Shown in pieces: positions 1 through 11,724 of a stretch of DNA of 64,000 nt. A program made the translations under genes and the position numbers. A model generated the notes under the pieces. It did not search any database. It was not told the origin of the DNA and was given only the letters and a program-made list of their open reading frames with translations. The stretch lies in NCBI GenBank assembly GCA_012295275.1, contig CM022679.1:8556001-8620000 (forward strand), in the 5' to 3' direction. Every line of letters begins with the position of its first letter. The stretch's first letter is position 1. This DNA comes from Chrysomallon squamiferum. Its lineage: Eukaryota; Animalia; Mollusca.

Positions 1-1
1 G

Positions 2-2341
2 TTGTTGTGGTTGTTGTTCTTGTTGTTCTCCACACTGATCTGTTTGCACATCTGAATCTTCTCCACCAATCAGAGATGGTCTTTGCTGTGCAGGTACACT
101 TGGTTCTCCTGCAACTCTGTTGTGAGAAACTGAGACATTGTCTGATACAAGATGTAAATTATTAACACTTGATAAAACAGAAGTTTGCGGGACACTAGTG
201 TCAGGGGTTGAAGCAGGTGGGGAAAACATTGACAAGTCTGAAGAGAATGGTTGGTGATATCGTGGATGAAGACTAGTTATAGGTCTAGCAGATCCACTTG
301 ATGATGTCGGTACAGATGACCTTGATCTAAATGATGCTGGGGCAATGAAAATGGGTGGATTGGGTCTAGCTTGTGACACCACTTTGGATTTCGCTTCAAC
401 TGTGTTAGTCTGCTTTTTAAATGAGTTTTCAGAACCAGTAGTTATAACACTGCCATCCTTGATAGGGCTATGTTTTGAGTCTGTTGAAAGAATTGTATTT
501 TTGTTGACTGGTGAAGGAAGTAAAAATTCTTTCCATGATGACTGTGTCTCCATTTTTTGTGAGATATTTGAATTCACCTCATATGATTTAACTGGCATGA
601 TGCTGGTTGTATATTTTGGTCTTGCCCCACCAAAACCATTTGACATACTGGTCATGTTGTGTGGTTCTTTATCTGATGGTTTTGAAAGATTTCGTCCTTC
701 ATATGGGTGAAAGGCTGAAGCAGATGATCCAAATTTTAAAGGCATCAGTGGAGAAACATTTAAATCTTTAGAATTGATTTCAGTATCAACAAAATCAATA
801 TGGTCAGATACACTGAAGGACGGAACTGAAGTATGATTCCCTCCAACATTTGGTGATACCAAACATTTCATGTCTTGGCCAGAACTAGTATCAACTACAT
901 TTTCCAAAGACATATTATCCTTATATAGTTTACCTGAATCTTCTTTCACTTCGGTATCTTGGCGCCCTTCAGGTTCAAGTCTTAGATGAAAGGCTGGAGA
1001 CTCAAAGTTCTGTAACATGTTCACTTTGTCTCTTCTACATACAGATGGAGGGTTTATAGATAATTTGTTTATGTTTTCATATTCATTATCATATGTTTCT
1101 GTTTGGCTTAATGTAGATGTCAAAGGTAAATTGGATGGCCTTGATGTTGAAGATGTAGAAACAGGAAACTGATAGTTGGACAAATTACCACTACCTGCAG
1201 TATCAGAACTTCTTCTGTGCTGTGTTTCTTCCATAATTTTCCTACTTTTATCAGTAGATGATTTACTTCTCTGATTACTGTTGAGATTATCTGAAAACTC
1301 ATGGTTTGCCAAATACAAGGCACGAACATCTGGATCCAAACTTGGAGGTGTATTTGGAGGCTTAATGTTTTCAGTCTGTTGATTCTGCCACTGCTGAGCA
1401 TTATCTGGAGGAATGTTAGGAGGTAAAACATCAACTCTTTCAGATGGTGGTTCATAAGGTGGCAATTCTTCTTCATCAAAGGCAGTGGGCAATAAATCCT
1501 CTTGATAATTTTCAGAACATTCCCTACTTTGTACCTGCTGTCGATGCTGAAGGAGATTATCATTGGCAATATTTTCATATTCAATTGCAGACCTGGCAGT
1601 GTGATAATTACATCGCCTGTTTCCTCTGGAGGAAGCAGATTGTTCATGTTTTCTCCTGTGTCTGTGAGAATGATACGATCCATCACTTCCACGTCGATCT
1701 CCTCTTGATGTTTCCCTCCTGTTAGAAGTACTGGCTTTTTTAGATCTTGACGGGCGTCTAGAAGACCTATGACATCCAGTAAGTGGAACTCTACTCTCGG
1801 AGTTGGACTGACAAACATTCTTACGAAGTGTTCGACCACTGGATTTTTTAACTTTAGTTTCACAAACTGGCTGATGTCTGTCATACACAATGTATTTCAG
1901 ACACACTATCAGTGATATAATATTTCCAAGGAAACTCAGAAATGATAAAACCAAAGTTGTTGCATGAACCAAAACTGTTGCTGTGTGTCTTTTTGTGTGT
2001 GCATAAAATGATAAATTGTAGAAGTTGCTGCTATAATCCAAACCACCAGCTGAAAGAACAATCATTACAAAGGACGTCATAATTCCAAAAAGTGAACAGA
2101 CAAGGTAACTTTTCACACTGCAAGGTGTTTTCAGCTGTGATGCAATAATGGCACATGTTCCTGCTGCAAACACCATAGTACCTCCCCAAAGACCTGTTGC
2201 AACATAATGTCCCCATATTCTCTTGGTGAATGCAACAATTCCCATTACAATGCTTGCCAGTCCGAGAAGAGCCAGAAATATTCCCAATATTAGTACTTTC
2301 ACTTGTGGAAACTGCAACTGTAGACGAACGTGTAACGCCAT
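2..2341 (-). CDS. Four-TM CD20/MS4A-like membrane protein with long disordered C-terminal tail (ENTREP/FAM189-like); 3' end lies outside the window
   Basis: Manual translation from the ATG at 2341 gives 780 stop-free codons to the window edge; it is missing from the ORF track because there is no stop in the window. N-terminus MALHVRLQLQFPQVKVLILGIFLALLGLASIVMGIVAF..GHYVATGLWGGTMVFAAGTCAIIAS..YLVCSLFGIMTSFVMIVLSAGGL..TVLVHATTLVLSFLSFLGNIISLIVC has four hydrophobic helices, with a G-x-W-x-G motif entering TM2 as in the CD20/MS4A family. It is followed by an R/S-rich segment, EEELPPYEPP, and an S/T/P/Q-rich tail. Family assignment is from motif recognition only. Confidence 0.85.
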   Translation of the reverse strand, partial: MALHVRLQLQFPQVKVLILGIFLALLGLASIVMGIVAFTKRIWGHYVATGLWGGTMVFAAGTCAIIASQLKTPCSVKSYLVCSLFGIMTSFVMIVLSAGGLDYSSNFYNLSFYAHTKRHTATVLVHATTLVLSFLSFLGNIISLIVCLKYIVYDRHQPVCETKVKKSSGRTLRKNVCQSNSESRVPLTGCHRSSRRPSRSKKASTSNRRETSRGDRRGSDGSYHSHRHRRKHEQSASSRGNRRCNYHTARSAIEYENIANDNLLQHRQQVQSRECSENYQEDLLPTAFDEEELPPYEPPSERVDVLPPNIPPDNAQQWQNQQTENIKPPNTPPSLDPDVRALYLANHEFSDNLNSNQRSKSSTDKSRKIMEETQHRRSSDTAGSGNLSNYQFPVSTSSTSRPSNLPLTSTLSQTETYDNEYENINKLSINPPSVCRRDKVNMLQNFESPAFHLRLEPEGRQDTEVKEDSGKLYKDNMSLENVVDTSSGQDMKCLVSPNVGGNHTSVPSFSVSDHIDFVDTEINSKDLNVSPLMPLKFGSSASAFHPYEGRNLSKPSDKEPHNMTSMSNGFGGARPKYTTSIMPVKSYEVNSNISQKMETQSSWKEFLLPSPVNKNTILSTDSKHSPIKDGSVITTGSENSFKKQTNTVEAKSKVVSQARPNPPIFIAPASFRSRSSVPTSSSGSARPITSLHPRYHQPFSSDLSMFSPPASTPDTSVPQTSVLSSVNNLHLVSDNVSVSHNRVAGEPSVPAQQRPSLIGGEDSDVQTDQCGEQQEQQPQQ

Positions 2342-2926
2342 AGTTGTTTTGGTTTTGGTTTATTTACATATAAAGAATTACAACTCCCACATCACAACTG
2401 GAAATACGAACAAAATGTCCTAATTATGGCCGACATTCAAATGGTAGTGTCTTGTAAGTTATACCATTAACTTTCAGTACTAACTGCAAAAACGGCACAG
2501 TGATATTCATTCTAGCTAAATCAATAGCCTACGTAGTAACAAGAATGTTTTCATAAGATTTTTCTTCTTTTTCGAGGAATTACATTTTTTATTTTTTTTA
2601 TTTCTTTAAGCTGTGTACGCCCAGCTACTGTAAATAAGTTAATTTCACCCAGAGTTTCATACTGCTATGTCTTCGAAACTTATACAACAGTTAACGCAAT
2701 TCTCACTGGCCTTCTTCTGTTGAATGATTCAAACTGCTGACTAACAACATTATTTGTCAAAAATTTCATCAATTCCACTGAGTTGAATTAAGTACACTAG
2801 ACTGGTTCCTTTGGTGGTCTATTTCGGGAAGTTGATATGGTTTATAAAAATAGTCATTGTCCGTCTACCAACTTCAAACCAGACCTTCTGACAAAACAAA
2901 TAAAGATGTCTATTTTAATTGTTCCA

Positions 2927-2981
<55 letters not shown>

Positions 2982-3595
2982 TTTCTAATATTTTATAGCT
3001 GTCCAAATATTTTTAAAATTATCAATATAAATGTTATTAGGCTGTTGCCACCGCAGCCTTAACTATAAAACTTTTTATAATTATTTTAATGCAAATGATT
3101 CCGACAAATCGCTAAAAATGTATTTGTATTAAAGAGATTAAATTTAAAATATTCACTTTTAATATCGGGCAAATGTTCAGTTTTAGATATTAATTTGAAT
3201 GGTTCCTGAATACATTAGCAGTCTACACGTGTGTTTTTTCAGTGTTACTGGGGTAATTTTATGAGCCAGTGTTGTTTGTTTTTATGTTTTCATTCAGCTA
3301 TCTGAATTCTATTATACGATTCATGATTGATCATGAAAATTGTATTAGGTAATATATCTGCTTATGTTCAGTATCAATTAAAATTAATAATAAAAAATAA
3401 AACCACACATACACAAATGATAATCATTAATTATATTATATTCTAAACACACACGCACACACTGTGTGTCTGTGATGTTTTATTTGCTTGGTGCCAGCTC
3501 TTTAGTGAAATCTACTGAATAATAATAATAATAACGGAGAGCTGTCGCAGTTTTATAGCCTGTTGATTAAAGGGACGCTACTCTTCACAAATAAA

Positions 3596-4382
3596 ATGGA
3601 AGATAACGAAGTCTGCAAGTTAGCTTACGAAGGCAATTTTCCACAACTGAAATTGAAATTACAAGAAAAGAGAGAACTTTTAACAAAATATGATAATGTA
3701 TGTTATGTTCCAAAACAAAATAATAAAATATATTAATAATTATTATTATTATTATTTACATTGTTGGTCAACCGCTTTAAGTTTAAAAAACCCAAAACAT
3801 TGAACTGTCGTAACGTAAGTTTAAAGTTACATATTTTATGATATTATTAATTATTAGGATATTTAGGATATTTATGTTATTAATAATTTATGTTATTAAT
3901 AATTAATATTATAATATTTATAATTATTGTTTATACCTGCTTTAATGCTTGTATTTTAATTATTTATAATGTACTTTTTACACAAAAATAACAAAAGAAT
4001 CTCTCCAAATTCATTAAAGATGCGATATTACGATGTACATAGCGTGTACTGTAGTATTTTTATCTCGTTATTTTAAATTTAAGAATTTAGGAGAGAACAT
4101 TAAGTGTATCTTTCTGTTTATTTTTGAAGAGTCAGCGAATACCTCTACACTGGGCAGTATCTGCTGGTCACATTGAAATAACAGAGTATCTTTTGAAGTT
4201 GGGAACACCAGTTGATGTAAGGGATGAGGTCAGAATTGCAAATTTATATTTCTTTGTTGTTAAATGTTTATAACTTTATACATTATATCTTTAATTTTAA
4301 GTATTCATTTATTGAAACTAGATTGAGGGAAACTTCTTTTATTATTTTTATTTATTTTATTAATAGTAGTATTAATATTAGT

Positions 4383-4415
<33 letters not shown>

Positions 4416-6422
4416 AATGATTTAGTACATTAAATTTTGATGGATATTAATACTTTTCTGTCTCATTTAGTTTGCTTCCTATTCAGTTTATGGATGTAAA
4501 TATGAATTATTTCAGTTTGTCCAGTTTTTTTTTTTTTATATTTATTTATATATTCTGTTCAAATTCTAGTCAAACTGGACACCATTAATGATTGCTGTAT
4601 CAGCTGGTAGGGCCGAAATTGTGGCACTGCTTTTGAGTAGAGGTGCACAGGTTAATGCAGTGAACAGGACAGGACAGTGTTGTTTGCACTATGCAGCTTC
4701 CAAAGATAGATTTCAGGTATGGATCTTTCGAAAATTCAAAAAAGCAAATACATTTCTGTTTATGTCACCCAGTTTTGTAGTCATTGTACCTTATGATATG
4801 AATGTTATGATACACTGAACTCTTTCAGAGACTTGAATTTATTTTTATTATTATTATTAAACAGTTTTTGTTTGTTTGTTTATATGGTGTTCTGAAAGAG
4901 TTCCTGGTGTTTTGCCTATTCAGGAATAGGAAGGCAGTCCAGCCTGCCCCTTTTTGATGCTGCCCATGTGTCTGAAATTCAGAAAATGCCCACCTCATTT
5001 GCCTAAATTCTCAATAAAATGTGCCAATAATTATTGCAATATTGCCTCAAATCTGTCTATAAGTACTGTCATCTGCAGGCATCAGTTTGTCAAGCAAACA
5101 ACAATTTTTAGCACCAATAAACAAATACAAACTGCAATTTTTATTACCACCAAATATTCACAAAAGTTTAACTATGAGACCTTGTCAATTTTATCTTTTT
5201 GAAGACTGATAATATGAAAAAATGCCTGTTTTTCTACCTGTGCCCTTCCTCTTTTTCAGTGTAGGGGAAATACTATTATTCATTTATTCATTTATTTATT
5301 TTTGATATATTACATTACATTATATTTTATTACATTACATTACATTATATTATATTTATTATGTTATATTTATCATATTGCATTGTATTCTAATATTAAT
5401 TATAATTTATTGTTTTGTTTTGTTTCTTAGATAGCTGAAATGCTTATTGATGCAGGTGCAGATTGTTCGGTGGCTGACTCGATGGGCAGCACTCCAGCAC
5501 ACAGAGCCAGTTCTAAAGGTCACATTCAGATTCTCAAACTACTCATTCAGCAGCAGATTAATGTTGATCGTCAAAACTCAGAAGGAAACACACCACTGTA
5601 ATAATAACTTGAATTTAATAATATTCTTAAGATGATGTTTATAACGGACATTCTTCCTAATTAGCTCTTAGTTAGTCTCTGATTTCAATTTTAAATTTTA
5701 TTTATATTTTTTTCTTGTTTGTGTTATTTATTTATCTGTAATTTGGTGCTTATCTATGTACACATACACACACATACATATATGTATAAATATATGTATG
5801 AGTATGTCTATATATATGTGTCTGTATGTGTGTGTATGTGCTGATAAAATATGATTTCAGATTCTAATTGAATGGTTTTAATTAACTTGATTATCTGTTT
5901 TTAAAAAAATTATCTAATATCTTTATCTTATAAATCTTTACTTTTCTACATTGAAAAATTTATTAAAAACTATGTTTCATTTTAGTAAAATGGAAATGCA
6001 CAAGACTAAGTGAAGACTATATCATTTTTATTAGCTTGGATTATTTTGAATAATTATATAATAACTAGTATATAAATTGTTTATTTTTTTTTATTTGTTA
6101 AAGACATCTTGCTTGTGAAGAAGATCGTGTAGCAGCAGGCAAACTATTGGTTGAAAATGGTGCCAGTTTGGACATTCAAAACAAGGTAAAAAAATTGTTT
6201 TTTTAAATATAAAGTTTAAAAAACTTTAAATCCCAGTAATAACAGTTCAAATGAGGTGCTAAATTTAGTTTTAAAGATAAATAAATGAATGCCATTCTGC
6301 CCTCTTTCTGACATATTTATATATTTCTAAAACTGGTTCTTTAGGAACAGAAGACACCATTAAATCTTGCAGGCCCTGGAATGCAGCGTTCACTGAAACA
6401 TGTTGCTTCACTTGATAGATGA
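3596..6422 (+). CDS. PSMD10: 26S proteasome non-ATPase regulatory subunit 10 (gankyrin), ankyrin-repeat protein, 224 aa
   Basis: Six GT-AG exons: 3596-3697, 4130-4228, 4570-4716, 5431-5597, 6104-6185, 6345-6422 (675 nt, phases consistent). Protein MEDNEVCKLAYEG..RIPLHWAVSAGHIEITEYLL..NWTPLMIAVSAGRAEIVALLL..GQCCLHYAASKDRFQIAEMLI..STPAHRASSKGH..EGNTPLHLACEEDRV..IQNKEQKTPL matches the gankyrin repeat series. Confidence 0.95.
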
Positions 6423-6441
6423 TTATAGTTTGCTGAATCTG

Positions 6442-6927
6442 GTAAGATTAAATTAATTTTATGACATTTAAACAAAATATAGTCATTTCTTGAAATGCAG
6501 CATTTGCATTCTGTAGTGTCTATGTGTGTTGTACGCACGTATATGTATAGACACGTTAAATGGAAAACTGCTACAAAGCATCTTTTAAAATGTTAATAAA
6601 TATTTGTATTGTGCAGTTATCAAACAATTTAGATTGCAAGCGTTTTTGCTGCTGGATCTTATTATTAAATTATAAAAATATAGCACTTAGCATTTGAAAA
6701 GTGATGAAATATTATTCAGTGTTGTTAATATAAATTAGAGAATAATGTGCTAAACTATTAAAATTAATAATGAAACTCAGTGAAAACCTCTCAAAAACTT
6801 TTATTGCATTTTTAATTATTATTATTGTTATTGTTATTGAATCCATTGTATTGAAAATAATTTTAAGAATTAAATTTTTACATCAATGTAACTATTAAAA
6901 TATTTTCTTTTCTTTTTGTGTCTCTAG
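6442..6927 (+). other. Probable 3'-UTR intron of PSMD10, followed by AATAAA at 7045-7050
   Basis: Donor CTG|GTAAGA 19 nt after the stop codon; polypyrimidine tract plus TAG ending at 6927; AATAAA about 120 nt further downstream. Confidence 0.55.
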
Positions 6928-7295
6928 ATCAAGTCAGGCTTGTTTGTATTCAGCCATCAAGATGCAGAAACAATAATTTTCAACATGATAAATGTTTGTG
7001 TCATTAGTTCATTCATATTTCTTGTTTGCAGTTATTTAATGCGGAATAAAACATTAACAAACCAATTGTGTTAGACACTGTAGCCATAAATACATGCACA
7101 TATATAGATATTTATAACCAAACTGCATATAAAATACACATTTCAAATTTAATTACCTACAAATAAAACCAGAATGATTTTTTAAATGATTTATGGTCTC
7201 TGAGAGAAGATTTTTTGTAAGTAAAAATAATTTCTTCAGTTTGCCAAACTTAAATTAAAAACAGAATGATTTAACAAATAACATATTCAAGATTT

Positions 7296-8302
7296 TTTAT
7301 TGCTGGTGGAAGACAAGTTAAGACATAATAAATTTTGGAAACTTAACAGCATGTGTATAATACACTGAATGCAACAACAGCTGCAGACATTGTGTTAGCA
7401 ACAATCACCCACCCTTCTGTAAATACGTAAATACCTTCAAGTACTGCAGTTTGTAATTCATACAACGTGAAGAATATAGTCTTTAACTCTGACTGATAGT
7501 TGTACTTCATCTGCGAAAGATTTCAGTTTAATGTGAAGTAGTGGGCTTCAGTCAGTAACATACTATGGATAAATGAAAAAGTCAACTGTCATATAACTTT
7601 TTAATTAATAATTTGAATTAATATTAAGTGGAAAACAAAAATTTCATAATTGCGAATAACATTTATTATAAATATAGAAATTTTTACATGACCAGTTGGA
7701 ATCCTTTTCACAACTGATTATGTAACATTACAGTACACGATGATATTTTGGCAAATCTACTGGCATGAGGCATTGCTGTGATAGGTAATGGAATAATGGG
7801 TAGCCAGGACCACTCCAGTCCACAACTTGTTAGATACAGAACAAACAGAAAAGTCTCAACATTAACCAATATTGTTCTTATTTGATAGTGGTACAATGAT
7901 ATATCAATTCGAAAAAGAATTTAGAATTTTTATTTGATTATGCAAATTAGATGGCTGCCAGTGGAAATTATATTTTTGATGCAGCACACCTTAAAAGCTA
8001 CTGAATATGCATAGTTAGAAACTGACATTCATTTTAAAGACAATATGTTCTGTTTTGTTTGAAAATTACTGGCGATAATTGATAAATTTCATAATCCATT
8101 ATTTTCAACAATTTATTGACAAGAATACCATCTTAAGTTAACTTGTCTTCAAAGAGTAAGGTAAATTGCAAATATATTTAAATAAAATAATTTTAAATTA
8201 AAAAAAAAAGAAAATAGCTCAGTTTGTAACATTGTTTTCCTTTCAATTATTTAAATTAAACTATATTTTTATTATTATTATTATTATTATTATATTTTTA
8301 TT

Positions 8303-8365
<63 letters not shown>

Positions 8366-9170
8366 TTATTTATGGAACTTTACAAAAATAACTACCAGAA
8401 CAAATTCGATGTAATTTTTTTTATCCCAGCAATGCCATCTCATTAGCACTCTGTTGTCTTCAAAATGTTCATAATTTTTGATGAAATACTATTGTCTATA
8501 CAATGTGTCAAAATGTGTGTAGGATTGTTTCTTTAGTTAAAAATCAGGCAATGGATAATATGCGTCGTGCCCCCTTCCCGTGATGCCCTAGGCACATGCT
8601 TATTTTGTTTAATTGTTAATCCAGTCCTGTTCAGATGAAAAATCATCAAGAACACAAACTCGGAGGAAGAACTATTTCTTTTCTTCAATAATCAAATAAA
8701 AAATTATTAAAAAAAAAAAAAAAAAAAAAAAAAAGAAAGAATAAGCTGAAAAAGATATGCAGGGTTTTTAATTTTTCTAATGATCTAGGGAAAATTCTCA
8801 CGGTACACCCATAATTTTTAATTAAAAAAGGTTCTTGAAAAGATCTGCCAAACCTCACTGATATGGTTGAAATGTTGTACAGAAATTAAAATGAACGTTT
8901 GCCTGCTGTTGGGTATCAATGGACATATTTGGTAGTGTTCTATAATTTAACATGTAAACTAAATATTTACAAAAAAAATATTTAAATATATATAATGAAA
9001 GCATGCTGTAAATATACATTTAAATAATTGTCTGCATTGAAAAATATATCTATTACAAATAAAAATTGAAGATTAAATAAGTATACTAACGATTAAATAC
9101 AGATTCTCCGTCAGATTTGTCTTCCCTCGCTTCTACGTGAACTCGGATACGCTGCGGTCATTAATTCCAT
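7296..9170 (-). other. Possible spliced, polyadenylated minus-strand transcript (lncRNA or micropeptide gene)
   Basis: CpG-containing segment 9091-9170 ending in donor GTTAGT (9090-9085); acceptor TCTTTCGCAG at 7511; 55-codon ORF 7510-7343; AATAAA at 7301-7296. No recognisable protein. Confidence 0.3.
8548..8620 (-). mobile_element. Short MITE-like terminal fragment
   Basis: The minus strand reads CAGGACTGGATTAAC...AAGCATGTGCCTAGGGCATCACGGGAAGGGGGCAC. This GC-rich island resembles the CAGGGCCGGATTAAC-type termini of invertebrate non-autonomous DNA transposons. No partner TIR found. Confidence 0.35.
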
Positions 9171-9737
9171 GGTTTTAGTTTTACAACACGACAAAAATTA
9201 CAGACCCTGCTACTTTAATCTAATCAAAAATACCCTCTGTTAAAAGCCCTATATTAAATGTTTCTTACAACATAATTTTTTAACTTTTTATAATTGTTTT
9301 AAAACATTAAGAATTCACACAATCCAGGTATAAGCATAACAACCAGAGGTACCATGCTTAATGTCTGCATTGTTAGTTTAAACTGACGAATAAGTTACAG
9401 TGGCATATTATCATTAGTTAACACAGTTTCTTTATTTTCACTAGTCTTACTAAAAGGAGCAGTACATTTTTGTTATATATTGAAATTTACTTCATATATC
9501 TGCGTTAGCATAAAAAAAATAGTTCTTGGAAGATCAGCCAATTACAATATACTCATTTTTCATTACTAAACACAAGGCAGGCGCTTTTTAATCGTGAATA
9601 TCACATTCATTTTATTTCCCTGTAGAAACAATCACGAATTCTGTCACTGTTACTCTGACGTACTAGATACATATTGCTAATACTACTAATTCTTGAAATA
9701 CTCTTACTGTTACAGCTACTACTACGTCTTTTACAAC

Positions 9738-9781
<44 letters not shown>

Positions 9782-11085
9782 ACTAATTTCCTGGAAACAT
9801 GTATATAGTGCATTTTATTGTTCTTTCTTTCTTTCTGTCTTTCTTTTTTTCTTTTTTCTTTTTCTAGAAAGGATTTGTGAAAGAAAAAAAAAGGGTAGTG
9901 AACCTTACGACCCTAAGAACAATTCCTGTGACACACAAGAAGATCCAATACCAATAAAGTTAGCTAACCTGTCTGCGTGTTTTATTCATCCTAGATGATC
10001 ATTAAATGAACAGTAACCTGTGGATCGTTACAGGATTTCTCTACAGACTACTAACATGTAACATACAGAGTATGAAGATTAAATATCTAAAATTGTTTAA
10101 TGTTTACTGTAATTGAAAATACACTAACCTTTGTTATAATTTTTTTATTTTGTTTAAAAATTCAACTCTGTTATGCACTGGTTTCATTTTGAACCAGAAG
10201 TAGAATAAACAATTTCTAAATGGTTGCACTTAAATATGAATATATTTTGAAACATATACTGAGCACTTTGAGCCTTCTAGCAAGCATAACTCTGCACCTA
10301 AACTATAAACCGTATATACTATCTATAATGGAAGTCTTTCTGTCGTAGTCATATTCTTGCTTGATGTATTCAGATGACTCACGTGATCTAATAAAGGTGA
10401 AATATTATATTACATTGTTAACAATAAAAATGCAGTAATTTATATTATATATCTGTATTATGCATAGTATTCTCTAAACACTATTACTAGCATATACTGG
10501 TCAGTTTGAAATCATCTGATGTTCGTATATAACATCCATAAAACCAAAGCAGATATGAATATAGTCTAAATGGTTGCATAATAATATGAACAAATTCTGA
10601 ATCGTATTGCAAAACTATAAACTTTTTATATTGTACATAATAGTGATTTCTGGTACATCGACTGTTACAGTCAAGTATCCCTGTTATATATGTGTACATT
10701 CTTTAATTTTTTGGGTGCTGGAGACTCCCTAACACGGTTATTTATACTTTCATTATGGCTAGTATTCATATTTACTTACTCCTAGGACTGGTTTAAAGAT
10801 TTGAAAATAAATGTTTAAAAAAAAAAAAAAAAAAAATAAAATATAACGTCATAACTCTTGCAATGAAATATTAGCATTATTCTGTAATAAAGCGAACTTA
10901 CATACGCCCACAAACGATGATATGTATCGACCTGATAGAAGATTTCTATAAAATGAGGACATTTTCATAGGCCATAATACACACATTGCTTTAATTGAGG
11001 GAACGGTCAAAAAATAACTGACAGGCGAAGTGAAAATCCTCGAAGTAAACAGGTGAAAATAAGTGATGTCTGATTTCGTGTGCTG

Positions 11086-11093
11086 TATAAAAA
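11086..11093 (+). promoter_or_regulatory. TATA box of CBM-like gene A
   Basis: GCTGTATAAAAAGG with the TATA starting 57 nt upstream of the ATG; identical in the paralogous promoter. Confidence 0.6.
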
Positions 11094-11142
11094 GGATACA
11101 TGAATAAATATTTATCTGAAACCGTGAAAATCAGCTTTAAAC

Positions 11143-11724
11143 ATGAAGATTTTTCTCTTTATATTGGCTCTTAGTATTGTACAATCAACTGGCATTGTCG
11201 TGAAAATTGAGGCAGAACAATATGCAGATATTCAAGGTTTTGGTCCAAAACGCATTCCTCGCTCTAGAGCAAGCAATAAGTCAGCTATTCACTTGTATCC
11301 TGGAGACACGCTTGAAATATATTTGTGCCTACGCCAAGACGATTTGGTTTCCATCGAGAACATTGTTTTCTCCAACGATGGAGATGTGGACAATGTAACT
11401 CTCAGATTTGATGGAAATCCAATCGCCTTTTTACAAACTTGTGCACAGTGGGGTGAAGGCAGGTTCTGGGACATACCAGCTTCCAGTGGAGCAATAGGAA
11501 CAAGTAAAGAATTGAGGTCCGGTGTTCATACCATCTCTATCACTGAATTCGGTGACAGGTGGGGAGTTGAAATCGACTACATGATTCTTAAATTTAAAAA
11601 TTTAAAAAGTTGTAAAAGGCTAATTTGTTCCGAATACGAATTAACTAAAAAAGGAATAATTAAAAAATGCCATAAGGTAAAGGAATATTCAGAAAGCGGT
11701 TACAATAAAAGTGGCGAAATATAA
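11143..11724 (+). CDS. Intronless secreted protein, single CBM6/CBM35-like (galactose-binding jelly-roll) domain, paralog A, 193 aa
   Basis: Signal peptide MKIFLFILALSIVQSTG, then KIEAEQY (the N-terminal EAE motif of CBM6/35), RSRASN, FSNDG, DG, a Trp-bearing loop (QWGEGRFW), L.SGVHTISI and GVEIDYMIL, in the order typical of CBM6/35 strands. Intact paralog 6.1 kb downstream; TATA upstream, AATAAA downstream. Confidence 0.85.
   Translation: MKIFLFILALSIVQSTGIVVKIEAEQYADIQGFGPKRIPRSRASNKSAIHLYPGDTLEIYLCLRQDDLVSIENIVFSNDGDVDNVTLRFDGNPIAFLQTCAQWGEGRFWDIPASSGAIGTSKELRSGVHTISITEFGDRWGVEIDYMILKFKNLKSCKRLICSEYELTKKGIIKKCHKVKEYSESGYNKSGEI

Noticed and set aside
1120-1890. 256-aa minus-strand ORF in the track, considered as an overlapping dual-coding gene
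   Set aside because: It is the +1 frame of the real 780-codon ORF and starts at TTG. Stops in that frame need NTA/NTG hydrophobic codons followed by a purine, which are scarce in the disordered tail, so a long open frame is expected.
345-2423. Plus-strand ORFs 345-710, 1444-1725, 1502-1708 and 2223-2423
   Set aside because: Antisense shadows of the long minus-strand CDS, with no recognisable motifs.
4900-5275. Possible MITE in PSMD10 intron 3 (GGTGTTTTGCCTA ... TAGGGGAAATACT)
   Set aside because: The terminal match is short and degenerate with no clear TSD, so it is too weak to call.
9091-9170. In-frame TGA after MELMTAAYPSSRRSEGRQI as selenocysteine or an antizyme-like frameshift
   Set aside because: A TAA follows five codons later, there is no selenoprotein or antizyme motif, and no SECIS was recognised.
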